A stretch of 64,000 nucleotides of DNA from the human T2T-CHM13v2.0 reference genome, Homo sapiens (GCF_009914755.1 NC_060928.1), one strand, 5' to 3'; shown: positions 14,450-28,890, counted from the stretch's first letter. The notes: generated from the letters alone by a model not told the origin. Made by a program: numbers and translations.

Positions 14450-16579
14450 TAGTATTCTCTCTCACTCAGAGGATGATGTAAAAGAATATCCTGATCATCT
14501 CTGTGTTATTTAAGGAAAGAGAAAAATAAGATAGTAGGCCTCTAAGAAGAATCATCTATTACCTGTGAAAGAAGTGTAATACTACCTTAAAAGATTTATA
14601 AGATAGGATTTTCTGTCATTGAAACATGAGTGTGAAATTTTCAAAGCTGGTTACTAATGTAAGAAGTTATATAAAAAACTATATTTAGCTGTTAATTTAG
14701 AATTTTTAGATTTAAAACTTTGGATCTTTGGAGGAGTTTTAATGTTGATGTTACTATAATTGGATATTCACTGAGGAATCTCTTAAAAAATAATATAGTC
14801 TAACCATCTTGATGGCATGAAGCAATAGAGCCTAACAGTTTTCACTAAACACCAAGAAAATGGATTTTTAGGTATAGATGGAAAGCAAAGACTCACTTGA
14901 AGCTTTATAAATTAACAAACTCTACTGGCAGGAGCAAGAAGTAGAAAATGTTATTTGATTGTTTTGAAGAGAAACATTTGAGAAAGTGTTATGCAATATC
15001 TGTAAAGAAAATAAACCTTGTATTTATTTACTTTGACAGGAATATTTTTTCCCCAGAAGAGAAATTTAATATGTTTGTTTTATTTAATTTCAATTTTTTC
15101 AGAAAGCTTTGGGAGAAAGTGTTTGAAAAGTACACCTTTTAAAGGAATTATGTTTTTTTTTTTTAGTCAAAAAAGTATAACAAAATTAATACAAGAAAAA
15201 TGCCTTCCACAAGTTATAAAGTAGGAAACTAATGTTTATTCTCCCTGAATTCTTGGAGTTAGGAGATTTTCAGGTTTCTATGATACCATCTTGGGAATGG
15301 CCCTTCTAAAAAAGGGTAACTAGAATTGGTTGAATAGATTTTATGACTTTACTGGTGGTTCTTTTTTGGCTTGGGCTAAAAGAGCAGCTGGTGAAACAGC
15401 TGGAACTCCCCATATGAGAGCTGGTGGAAATGCACTGTTGGTGGAAATTACAAACCCTAGGAAATAGAACACTACTGAAATGCCGAGCGTTCCATAGAGA
15501 TGATGCCCTTTCCAACCTTTTCCTTGTCCTCACTTCCAGACTGAATCCATTGGGGGATTGTCTTCTGTGGGATTCTGTCCAATTTTTCTCATGTGAGTGG
15601 TTGGTAAAAATAGGAATTAAAGTATAGAATTTGTTTCTATTTACAACTTGATCAGGAATACTCATATTTTATTAATCTTGGAACTAACCCCTTTCTAAGC
15701 CCCAAAAATTATATTACCAAGTCATTTGAAAAGAAATCAAACTAGTCTCAAAAAAGATTGTAAACAAATATTTAAATAAACCAATTAAAAAGTTAATGAT
15801 TTTAAATATGTTTGTCTTAGAATGGTTGAGTGAATGTGCCCCATAGTCAGAACACTTATGTTAGATTTATTTTAAAAACCAGCATTGTCAAATGAACAGA
15901 GATACATTTTAAAGTTTTTTTTTTTTAATCTTTTCCAGTCTGTGGTGCTTATTATTGAGTGTAGGACCTTATTTATCTATTTATTGTTATTTATGGTCAG
16001 AGAATAGGGCTCACAGTTGAAGGAGAACCTGAATTGAACATCTCAGTGTGAGGCAGAAATAAAAAATGCTTTTGAGATTGTAGCTTTCAGCAGTACATTT
16101 CTTCCCCTACAGGTGGAAGGGTGAAGGTGTACACTCTGGCAATGTGGAGAACTGAGAGTCTCTGACATAGAGCATGCTACATATCACACTACACAAACAT
16201 AGCCAAACCCCAGACTTGTCAGCCTAGGAACTTCTGTAGAACTCTTTTATGTCACCAAACTTCAAAATATGTTTCTGCCGGAGGCCTGGGCATTTAGGCA
16301 GTTTTTCACTGTGAGCTGTATCTCTTTGGAGCATTAAAATAATATATTAGCTATCATTGTGTCTCTGTTCGAGAGAGCCCCGTGAAAATTAGTGTGTACT
16401 GACTGGGCTAAATCAGGAAATCTGAATAGTGATTTCTGTGTTTTGTATCACTGAAGGCAGTAGGCCCTGGCTCCTCACTCTTTGTTTTAGACATAAGGCT
16501 GGGGGTTAACATCATACCAGTAACCCCCATATCTCTGGCATATAGACACCTAAAACTGAATAATTGTTATTACTATTTA

Positions 16580-16823
16580 ACCCAGGCTTTATCAGCCTTA
16601 GCACTAGTCACTCTTTGGGCTGGATAGTTTCTGGTTAAGTCTTTGTCATCCGCAGAGGGGACACAGGGAGGAGGTTGTCTTGCGCACTGTAGGGTGTTCA
16701 GCAATACTTCTGATGTCTGCCCACTAGGTGCCAGTAACCACTCCCCCAAGTTGAGACAACCCAAAATTGTCAAATGTCTGCTAGGGGTGGGTGAGGAATT
16801 ATCACCAGCCTTGAGAACCACTG
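16580..16823. mobile_element. MER20-like hAT-Charlie DNA transposon relic
   Basis: gcactgtagggtgttcagcaat...ccactaggtgccagtaaccactcccccaagttg...ttgagaaccactg. Confidence 0.75.
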
Positions 16824-17293
16824 ATTAACCTAACCTAATTAGTTATATAGCTGCCTCCTTGGGGAAAATACATTTTGGTGAGTGATCAGGTTTATAAGTG
16901 TGAGAGAAACGTGACAGCTGCCTAGCTTGACTGAAGGAAGGGAGTTGGGATGATGGTGGTGATACTTTTGATGACTCCCTTCACCCCACAGAGGACCATT
17001 CTGGCAGCATATGATTGGAGGTGCTGTTGCTTTTTCAAGGGTCCCCATGACTTTGACCACTCCTTCTCCCACCAGCAGGGGCGTGGTGTGTCTATATGGG
17101 TTTACCTCTGCCCTTCTATAAGTCTAGTATATCAAAGAGTTACAAGAAGCACAGTCATTATTTGAAGAAAGAATTTTAAAAGGCTAGAGCTTGTGCATGG
17201 GAAAGAGATCTCCAATTTTTGGTTTTGTTTTAGATACTACTTAAAAAATGTCTTTTTGTATTGAGGTCCTGTCATACTCAAAGATTAATTTAA

Positions 17294-17494
<201 letters not shown>

Positions 17495-17969
17495 TAAGTT
17501 CAGAAAAATCATAACTCATTTATGTAGGCAAATACAATTTGTAAAAAAAGTGATATGGGCATGTGCTTAAATACTTACATTTAGGTTATTATACACATCA
17601 GGAATAGATGCATATTTGATTTCACATTTTTAGAAAAGTATACTTTTATAATTACAGATTTATTATAAATGTGTATACTTGAGAATAAATGAGTAGAAGA
17701 ACAGTGGAGGTAAGTCAAATATAGTGGAATTAGATGTGTAGTTAAATTTTATTTTTAACTTGATTTAAATAATTAGGAATTTTTGAAAAGCTTTTTGCGG
17801 AAGAGTATTTCCCTGCTTTCCCTGTCATTTGAACCCAGGATAACCAAAATAGCTGTATAGTAAGTTGCCTGATATTTGTATTAACCAAACTTAAGGCTAA
17901 TGAAAAATGCTATGATTTCTGATTGAAATATGTATTTAATCGCTTGACCCAGTATTCATTATTTTGTAA

Positions 17970-18254
<285 letters not shown>

Positions 18255-18749
18255 TGAGGAGCCAGGTCCTGTTTTTCTTCAGTTTCCTACATTTAGTTCC
18301 ACTGTAGTTCCTCAGTTGATAAAAGACTCATTTGTTTATGTTGTTAGCATTGATCAAAGTTCATATAGCAAAATAACACAGTAGTAACTGAAAGATAGTT
18401 ACCATCATGTTCACTCATTCATGAAATCTTACCTTGCCATCTTCACTGTCTTGAGTAAATTTAAGGTGTTTGTTTAACATCTGTAATATGTTTAAGTTTC
18501 TGACTATAATGTAGTAAGATATAAAGTATATCTAATTTTGAACTTCTCTGCAAAGGTAAAGGATCTCTATTAAACATCCATTTGAATCCTGTTAAATAGT
18601 TTTAGAACATAATCTGCTAAAAGTTCTGAAGCTCCTTTCCAATACCTGCTTCTCCTGTTCAGTTACTTAAGATAGAATATAGGCATTTAGGCATTGCACG
18701 GAGTCCTTTGGAGAAGGTGAGGTGCTGGCAGAATTTAATTATAGACAGA

Positions 18750-19045
18750 TGCATTAGTTTCCTGTTCCTGCTGTAAAAAGAAAAAAAAAAGCCACAAACT
18801 TAGTGGTTTAAATAAACAGAAATTTATCATCGTAAAGTTCTGGAGGTCAGAGTGAGTTGAGGCGAGCCTGCAGGACTGTGTTCCCTCTGCAGGCTGTAGG
18901 GGAGGACGTGTTTCCTTGCCTTCTCCACTGGTAAAGGCCACCCACATTTCTCAGCTCATGCCCCTTCGTCTGTCTTGAAAGCACATCATTCCAGCCTCTA
19001 CTTCTGTGGTCTCATCTCCTCCTTCTGACTTTGATGCTTTCTTTA
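18750..19045 (-). mobile_element. MaLR LTR (MLT1-type) fragment
   Basis: cattagtttcctgt...ccacaaacttagtggtttaaataaacagaaatttatcat...gttctggaggtcaga. Confidence 0.75.
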
Positions 19046-19924
19046 CTGATAATGAAACTGAAGAACAAAATGAGGATTATAAAACTTGCTCAAAATTAGA
19101 GGTGACTCAGTTATAAAGCAGGGGCAAGAACTTAGGTGTTCTGCCTCCACTTTGTTTTATGCGCTGTTGCTGCCTTCTTAATAGAGTGCTAAATAAGAAA
19201 TGCAAATTAAGTGATGAATGACATAAGGTCAACTCATGAGAATACATTACTGTTTCCTTCAAGATTGTCATTTTATGAGAATATGTCTGACTGAACACAG
19301 CCATCTTTTTTATAACTGTTAACCACTCCTTCTCTCACACCCCCAGATGTCTGTTTTTTGGAGCTCTTCCCTCTAAGGACTCTTAGATGTATTTTACAGT
19401 CATGCCTCATTCAACTAACAAACCATATCAGCACAGAATGTAGCAAAGAATCAGGGAGTTGACAAAAAAGGCCTAGTCGAAATCATACGGTATCCGAGAA
19501 GTGGGTACTATGCCCTTTGCACTCCTGTAAGAACTCCCTGCCTTTTTCCACCAAGACATCCAACTCTCGGTTTGTTCTGGTATATTTATGTCTTTCTAAA
19601 CTTTGTATATAAAAAAGAGCGAATCAGAAAACAGTAGTTTGGAATTCTTCTACAGAGATATAAACTGATGGTAGTACTTCACAGGTGCCTGCCTCACAGT
19701 GAGGGAGAAGAGACAATATAAAAAAAGGGCCCAAGAATTGTGGACATTCTAACTTGAAGCTTTGGGAGAGAGACCATGCACACCTCAGTAGACCCCGAAG
19801 TTACCAAAATGTGATGTATTGGTATTATTGGTATGAATAATCTCATTAGATCCTTGGTCAATAAAAGGCGGTTTAAAGGAAGGAAATTGGTATTTTAAAA
19901 AGAACACTGTCTGGCATGATCGTA

Positions 19925-20160
19925 TTAATAAGAAACACAATTTTCTGAGGGCTTACTGTGTGCCAGAAGTGTATGCTACACACATTGCCAGTGGTTTGCT
20001 CATAAATTTTAATCCTCACAACACATAGGTATTATCTTCATTTACAAATGAGCTGTGTAGAGAGGCTAGATAACTTACTTGCCTTGGGTTACACAGCTAT
20101 TAACTGGTAAAGGCAAGGTTTTGCGTGTCATATTCCAAAGTCTGTGTCTTCTTATACTGC
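19925..20160 (-). mobile_element. MIR SINE
   Basis: ttctgagggcttactgtgtgccag...tttaatcctcacaacac...catttacaaatgag. Confidence 0.7.
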
Positions 20161-22415
20161 TATTAAAAGCTTTGCTTGTAGAAATAAGTTTAACTGAGAA
20201 ATGATGTATAATATGACATAACCCACAATTCCACGTAGTTCAAGGAATTACTGTATTTTGTCTGGAGAATAATCAACATAAATTTAGAAGTCAGGAAAAT
20301 CTGGTATGTTTTTTATATAGTGTTATTTTTCCTAGAACAGAGACTTTGGGTGACTAATAGTACTGCTTTATGTTTTGTGTGATTTAAGTAGTTTTCACAA
20401 ATTAATTTCTTAGAAAAAGTCTCAGGAAGCCTTTAATCAGGGCAAGTGATAATACCCCTATTATACGTGAGACAATAAGCCTTAGGAACTTACTGAAGGT
20501 TACAGAGATGAAAAATAATACAGTTGGGTCTAGAAAAGAAGTTTTCAGATGTTTAGGCTGTTTTTGTGACATCATGTTTTTACTTACTGTTGTTTTATTC
20601 CAAAGATACAAAAATCATGTAAATAATTATTACATTTTAAACAGTTATTTATTGTTTGCAAAAGCTGTTTATTACTCAATTTTTTCTGTGTTCATTCCCC
20701 TGTAAACAACAATGTGATTTAAACTAAGGGTTGGGATTTAGATCAAATGAAACATTCATGAGTAATAGCAGAGAAAACAGTTAAATAGTTGCCACTATTG
20801 GAAGGTCAGACTTTCCACAGGTTTGAGTCATTATTTGGCAATCAATCTGAACATTGTTCAGCTTCAATTTATGCTAAAAATATGTAAGTAGTTTTTATGT
20901 TAAATGTGTTTCCTTTGAGCTCTTTTAGGGGAAATACATTTATGGAAATATTAAGAAAAATCTATGATTAAAGAGAGTAACTTGAATGAATTTTGTTGAG
21001 ATTCTCTGTATAATTCCTTGGAAGTGAAAATTGTATAGAAATTTTAGCTTTAAAATCTTCTGAGAAGAAGGGCTTGCGGACTTACATTTTGTGGTGTTAT
21101 GCAGGTCTGCATGAACCTGAGCTTAAATTTTATCTCCCTGAGAGATTAGCAGGGACGCCACACAGCTTACCCAACTGACTTATTAAACACAGTATTGTCC
21201 CAAGCCATTGCAGTTAGTTATGTAGGCAGATGTTGCTCGGGATTTGTTTGCAGTGAGTTAGTGCTCTTCCCCTTACTTTAATGTGTCTTTTTGAACTGTC
21301 ACCTAGTGTTGCATTGTGAATTTTGTTTTTAATTTTGGAATCTTAAAATATATTTTTCTACGTAATTCTTTGTTTTCACACTAACTGACAGCTGTTCTAT
21401 TTCTTTATCAGAAGTTTGTGTATAGTACTCTTGTTGGTTTATTCTGGCACACTATAAAGTTTATTCAAATAAGTTGGGTTTGTTCAGATCAAACATTCCT
21501 TTGCTCTTCAGTGTCCTTAGTTAGCTTTGGGGAAAATTAATCTGCGGGGTGGTGCTCGACACGCAGGATGCTCCGTAGTCGCTCGTAGCTTTGCCTCAAG
21601 GTCTTGAGTGTGAGTGTATGTGCACAATTTCATAATTACATCCTGTGTCTTTATATATCTTTAGTTTGAAAGCTCTTGCTAGTTTTTAAGTAAATCATTC
21701 CAAGAATGAATTATCTATTCCTTTTGTGTCTTTCCTTAGTGAGGCTTTCCTTATGATACTTTTTCTTAGCACTTATCACCTAACCACCAAGCATTTTTGT
21801 TTTTTCTCTGCTTATTGTCTGGCTCCATTAAAGGGCAGGTGGAAGAAATACTATGACATCGTTATACTGAAGACTATGCATAGTTTCTCATGAGAAAAAT
21901 CAAGTAGACTCTCAGAATCTGTTTTCTCAAAATCTGTACATGCTCTGCAGATGTTCACTTAGCTAGTTTCTGGTGTATTCAAAGCAGTGAATTATGTAGC
22001 AGAAGTGGTAAAACAGACAATAATAGGCAGATATACTTGGAAACAGTAAGAAATAACTGGCCATAAAGAGGATGTCATGAAAAACTACAGAAAAATACAA
22101 TTTTTAAAAAGTGAGTATATAGTGAAGGAGCTACAGTAGGCTCTTCTGGAAACATTAGGAGGAGGAGTAGAACGTGTATCCACCCAATTTTGGACATTTC
22201 TTTATATAATACTTCATAAATGAAATATGCATTATGGGAAAAATATGATCAGTTTTAATTTGTATATACCCTTGACTTTTTTTTCCCCCTCAGTGAGTCT
22301 GGTTTTCATAACATACAAAACTAAATATTGCAACTTAAGATATAAATAAGCCCTCTCTACCCTCCTTCACAACTTTGCTTAGTGGATTTAAGATGCACTT
22401 GAAGCTCAGCCTTCA

Positions 22416-22454
22416 TTTTTTTTTTTTTTTTTGAGACGGAGTCTCGCTCTGTTG
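22416..22454 (-). mobile_element. Severely 5'-truncated Alu (T17 plus 22 nt)
   Basis: T17-GAGACGGAGTCTCGCTCTGTTG; TSD TCAGCCTT(C/A)ATTTT at 22406-22419 and 22455-22468. Confidence 0.85.
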
Positions 22455-22632
22455 TCAGCCTTAATTTTAATGCTAGAAATCTACTGTATTTAGACTTTGC
22501 AGTTTAAAACGATGTTTACAAAGAGCATAATTAAAATAGCTTTTTTTTTTTTTTAGTTTGGGTTCTAAAAAATATTTTAATCCTTCCTTCCTCCCTCTCT
22601 CCTTTCTTGCCTCCTTCCTTTCCTTCTTCTAG

Positions 22633-22839
<207 letters not shown>

Positions 22840-23082
22840 TAGGCTGCATTCTTAGAGGGATTACTCAGCTGGGATACACAGATCTGAATAAAAGTTTTAT
22901 TATTACAGATTCTTTTTTCAAACTGGAACTTATTGTGTAAATAGACTCTAGTAATCATAAGCTTTAAATTAAAATTACTGCATTTGGAGAAGTGTATACT
23001 TTTCAAAGTGACCTTAGTGATTTAAACATTATTCTTTTTTATCATTATCATAAAAGTTTTATACAGAGCTTTTTTCCTCTAG

Positions 23083-23106
23083 GTTGCTGCTTCATATCTG
23101 ATTCAG
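23083..23106 (+). CDS. STIM2: STIM2 alternative 24-nt microexon (exon 9) encoding VAASYLIQ; defines the inhibitory STIM2.1/STIM2beta isoform
   Basis: ttttttcctctAG|GTTGCTGCTTCATATCTGATTCAG|GTtagt, phase 0-0; the peptide is the known 8-aa SOAR/CAD insertion. Confidence 0.95.
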
Positions 23107-23527
23107 GTTAGTAGTTACTGGAAATTAACTTTGACACTTAAATTGTGTGGAATGAGAATAAGTCTTAATCTGAATTCTAGCCAAAAAATTTAAAAGCTTA
23201 GTTCACTCACTAGCACCATTGTAGTATAATATAGCTAATGTTCTTCTGTTACTTTTAGTACAAGATTCGGGTCTTCCTGAACCATAGAAATAAGAGAAAA
23301 ATTCTCCAGAATAAAGTTTTGAATTACATCGATTGGCTTAGGAAAGCACGTTTTCTCCCTCATCTGTTTTCTTTTTTGGAATGCAGGGATATCTTGGCTA
23401 GTAATTCTCTACTGGTTTTATGATTGCTAATATATTCAAAACCAAAACAAACTTTATTATGTTATATATACAAAAATGTCTGTATTTTTTTCAAACCTAG
23501 CCTTATTTAGTCCTTTTCGGTTTCTAG

Positions 23528-23629
<102 letters not shown>

Positions 23630-23863
23630 TAAGAATGTTGTTTTCACTTTTATTTGATTTATGTTTATTGTGTTAAAATGAGTAATTTGTGAACAATTTA
23701 TATTTATCATTTATATAATTACATAATTTACATTAGTTTTAAGAGTGGGTTATTTCTTCTTGAAATTAGTTAATTGCCATGGTCTGTTCATGTATTGCCT
23801 TTTTTCAGTGCCATATTAAAGACCTTTTGATGCAGTAAGTAATTTCTTTATTGGCTTTTCCAG

Positions 23864-24102
23864 GAAAGCTCTCTCTGAGTTGACAACTTGTTTACGAGAA
23901 CGACTTTTTCGCTGGCAACAAATTGAGAAGATCTGTGGCTTTCAGATAGCCCATAACTCAGGACTCCCCAGCCTGACCTCTTCCCTTTATTCTGATCACA
24001 GCTGGGTGGTGATGCCCAGAGTCTCCATTCCACCCTATCCAATTGCTGGAGGAGTTGATGACTTAGATGAAGACACACCCCCAATAGTGTCACAATTTCC
24101 CG
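23864..24102 (+). CDS. STIM2: STIM2 coding exon (inferred exon 11), end of SOAR/CAD and acidic segment
   Basis: ttccAG|GAAAG...TCCCG|GTaagt, 239 nt; KALSELTTCLRERLFRWQQIEKICGFQIAHNSGLP...GGVDDLDEDTPPIVSQFP. Confidence 0.97.
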
Positions 24103-25269
24103 GTAAGTGGCAATTTCAACAAAAATTGTTGGTACAGGTTTTAAAGTAATTTTCTCCTATGTCCTTTTAGGAATCATGTACTTCGAAATCTGTGAGAAAA
24201 AATTGGGTTTATCCTTCATTTTCTCTTTCTTTTTGTTAGTAATTTAAATATTTACTATTTGAGAATACCATATGCAATGCATATATCAATACTTTGTGTA
24301 TATTTATATTATATATTTATACACACACTTTAAAGAAATCTGAATGCTTTATAAATTTGATTATTAAGTGTTTATTTGAGCAACTGTTATATATAACATT
24401 ATATTGTTGAATATAAGACTTTTTTTAAAACATTGCTTGTAATTAAATTGAAATGAGGAGTCATATAAAAACATAATTGACAGTAAAGATAGCACACTAT
24501 AAATGCCAAATCAGTGTGGGAATGAAGTGCTGAGCATTCAGGGAAAATATCCTTTCAAATGGCCGCTTAATGTATAGTAGGAATAAAAATTAGGGGAAGA
24601 TCTTGGAAACAGGGATTTGAATCCTAGCTCTACCACTAACTAACTCCAGGTATGTACTTGTATTATTTTGCTGGTTTTACTTCTCTGGTTTGACAGCAGA
24701 CAGTTAATGCAAGGAGAGTGAGGCGGCACTCAACTCTTAAAAGAGGCAGGAAGAGTGGACAGATTGTAAATACAGCAAAACTAGAAGTGTGTGACTGCAT
24801 TCATTTCACTTGCTCCACACTGCAAGGTCATGACGGTTGCAAAGTTATGTCTAGATCTGGGCCAGCTCTGCAGTTAGAATATTCTCAGTTTGTATTTGTT
24901 TATTTGAATTATATGCACTTAAGCTTGCCAAATGCAACACTGATTCATAAGTACACGCTTTTGTTTGAAAACTATAGCTTTTAAAAGTTGAATTTCCTCC
25001 TTAAAATCCGTGTTTAATATCTGAATTGTGCATGAAAGTGCATTATCTAGATTAACTAGTTTTTTTCTTTGCTTTTTAAAAAACACTTTTTGGGTTGGGG
25101 GCAGAGGTATTGGATATCCATATGTCCGTTAAAAGGAAACAATTGTACTAAATGTGAATAATTATTCTAGTTTTAAGTGATTGTGGAATACAGGCAAATT
25201 TAAACTTTTAAATCAGAAAAAAGTACAAGAGTTGATTTTAAATTTAATGTTTTAGAAATGTTGTGATCA

Positions 25270-25603
<334 letters not shown>

Positions 25604-28245
25604 TCAAAGATTACAATTTGAGAGCTCTGCCTCCACCCAGTGGCACCACAGAGGTACTCCACTCTGCTTAGTTACAAAAGCCTAATTTCTGGACCTGATA
25701 AATGGGAAACTCTCGGCAATAGAAGTCTAGGGAAGGACGAAGGCTCTTCATTTCTATACCCTCCTGAGCAGTTAAAATTTTTTTTTTACCATGGATATGT
25801 GTAAATTTTACAAGTTTGAAATAATGACAAGGAAACATGCCTGTAGTATGTTAAGAACAAAGTAAAAGGTTGTAACAATATACACAGAATAATATTGTCT
25901 ATGTGTAATTATATGGAAAGAAAAAACACAGAAAATATCAATGGTTAGCTCTGTGTAGATAGGGGAATGGGTGTTGTTTTCCTATTACTTTTTAAAATGT
26001 CTTTTCCTATTCTTAAATATCTGCTAAATGCTTTCCTTGGTGAGAATGTGATAACAATTTATTTAAACTTTCCTATAAAGCCATCCACACACACTTAAAG
26101 TGACTGAAAATAATATGCCCACCTACCAAAAAGATAAACAGGTTTTAACATTTTTCTTTATCTTTTTCTCTGAAATAAACTATTACAAATACACTTAAAC
26201 CACATTGCCTACCCTTCCCCACTGTTTTAAAGTTGTGACTTATGCTAAAGCCTGTTGTACTTTTATTACATACATATATATCCATAACATTATATACAAT
26301 TGTTGCGTGTTTAGAAGTGTATATAAATGTTATCAAACTAGGTGATATTTTACAACTCTTTTTGCTCAAAAGTTATGTTTCAAAATTTTTTCATGTTTAT
26401 GTAGAGATGAATTAAAGTCACTGCTTAATGAGTTAACCATAACTTATATGTTTATTTATTGTATTTAAAAATCCATAGTTTATCCGTTTTTCTACTTTCT
26501 ACTTTCTTGGCCCTTACAAACAATGTGCAACAAGCATCTTTACCTGTATTTCCTTGTGCATAACTTTGAGAGTTTCTCTGTGTGGACACCTAGAAACGGA
26601 CTGCTGGGTCATTGGGAAGGCACCTTTTACTAGTCATTGTCAAGTTGCTCTCAAAATAGTTTACATACCCACTGTTTTATAAGGGTGCCTGTGTGCCTGT
26701 ATCCTCATCAGTACTTGGAATAACCTGATTTACTTGTTTTGCAACTCGAATGCGTATGAAATGATACCTCACAATTATGAAAATTTTTATTTCCTTGATG
26801 ACTGTTGAGGTTGAGTACCATTTCCTTTATTGGCATTTGTTGTTCAGATTTCTTCCTGAGTTGCTTGTTCTTGCTGTGGAATCCCTGCAAGATTCCATAC
26901 TGATGTGGAAGTGTTCTTTCTATTTTCTGGTTATTTGAGAGTTGCAAATATCTTCTAAACTTTGGCTTTTTGAATGGCAAATTGTGAATCTGATTTGTGT
27001 TTTTTATGTCTTTTTCAGCAGATGATAGGTTGTTGTTTGCTCTCCTTAGAGTTTTTAAGTTTTTCTTTAATCCATTAGCCCTTTAATCCACCTAGAAGTT
27101 ATTTTTGTTCATAGTGTGAAGTTGGAATCTAAATATATCTCTTGATATACGGGTAAACAGTTGTCTCAGCTTCATTCCTGTTCTATCCTTGCTGACTTAT
27201 AATACCACTTCTCTCCATAGATACATAAGTGCTCCCAGCTCTCCCATTTTGTTTCACTGGCCCTATTCTGCTTTAGTTTCTAGAGTTTTATAAAAAGTTT
27301 TGATATTTGATAAGACCAAGTCTTCCTTTATTGTTCAAATTCAGAATTTCTACCCTTAACTAATCTTCTGAATTTTAAGATCAGCTTATGAAATTCCATG
27401 AAAGGTTCCATTGGGTTTAAAAAATTTTTTTTTGAATTTGTGAATTTATTTGTGGAGAATTATTAATCAATTCCATTTATCGAGATATTTTCTATCTTTA
27501 AGTAAAATTGATAATTTATTTTCTCTGTGCAGGTCTTGCTTTTTTTAAAAAAAGATTAATTTCTAGGTACCTTAATAAATTTTTGGTAGGTATATATGTT
27601 ACCTTTCTTATAAAACTGTATTTCAGATTGCTTGTTGCTGATGAGGAAATGCCGTTGGATTTGGTGTGCTGAATACAGAATACCAAATACAGAAACATAT
27701 ATTTAAGTATTTTATGGTAGTCTTGGATTTTTCATGTTAATACTAGTAGATTTTTTCCTCTTTATTGCCCAAGCTAAGACCTCCAGTAAAATATTGAATG
27801 AAAATGGTGACTGCAGGCAATAGGGATTGCCATTTCTGACTTTAAAGAGAATGCTGCCAGAATTTCACCAGGAAGTATTTTTTTTAATGTTTTTGGTAGA
27901 TTACTTTTAAGTTAAGGAAAGTCATTTCTATTTCTGTCTTGCTAAGAATGGTTTTTTTTGGTTAATCAGTGGATATTAAATTTTACCAAATTATTTTTCT
28001 GCGTAATTTGAAGTGATCATTCGTTTTTTATTCTGCTGAATTTTAATCTGTTTAAATAAATCCTTTAAGTGTCAGTGAAACTATATTTGTCACAATGTAC
28101 AATTTTTAGAATGAGTTGCGTTTGGTTCGTTATTTAGGATTTTTGCATCTTTAATCACACATTGGATTAGCCAGTAATTTTTCTTCCTGACACTATCTTA
28201 GATTTTGGTATCAAGATTATATTAACATCATAAAATAAATGAAAG

Positions 28246-28589
28246 AGTAGTCCCCCTCTGCCCATATATGTGGTTTTGCTTTTCATGGTTTCTAGTTACC
28301 TGTGGTCAACTGTGGTCTGAAAATAGTGAGTAGAGTACAATAAGGTATTTCGAGGTGGGGGTGGGGGGAAACCGCATTTACATAACTTTTATTACAGTAT
28401 ATTATTATAATTGTTCTTTTTTATTATCTGTTATTAATCTCTTGCTGTGCTTAATTTATAAATTAAACTTTATTATAGGTATGTATGCATAGGAAAAACA
28501 TAGTGTGTATAGAGTTTGGGACTATCCATGGTTTCAGGCATCCACTGGGGTCTTAGAATCTATCTGCCAAGGATAAGGGGGAATACTAT
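28246..28589. mobile_element. MER44-like (TcMar-Tigger) DNA transposon relic
   Basis: imperfect terminal inverted repeats agtagtcccc.../...ggataagggggaatactat; internal acataacttttattacagtatatt and ggtttcaggcatccactggggtctt. Confidence 0.8.
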
Positions 28590-28624
28590 ACTCCTTATTC
28601 TTTCATTCCATTCTTTTCTACTTT

Positions 28625-28890
28625 TAGAGAGGCAGCAATATAAAGTAGGGTTAAGATGTGGAATTCTGGAACAAGATTGCTTGGGTTTGATTCTTTGTTC
28701 ACCTTGTAGTAATTCTATTACCTTTTACTCAGGACACTGAGTGGGAGGCACTCTCCTGAGTTTCAGCTTCCTTTTCTGTGAAATGTAGCCTACCTTGTGG
28801 AGATATGTCAAAATTTAAATTAAGTAATACCTGTAAAACACTTGGAACCAGCCCCTGGGTGGGCTACAATAATCACCCATTAAATGGTAT
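28625..28890 (+). mobile_element. MIR SINE
   Basis: agaggcagcaatataaagtagggttaagatgtggaattctgga...ttcagcttccttttctgtgaaatg. Confidence 0.6.

Noticed and set aside
21541-21610. Intronic snoRNA or miRNA hairpin
   Set aside because: No C/D or H/ACA box layout and stems are only 5-6 bp; kept instead as a regulatory/exon hypothesis
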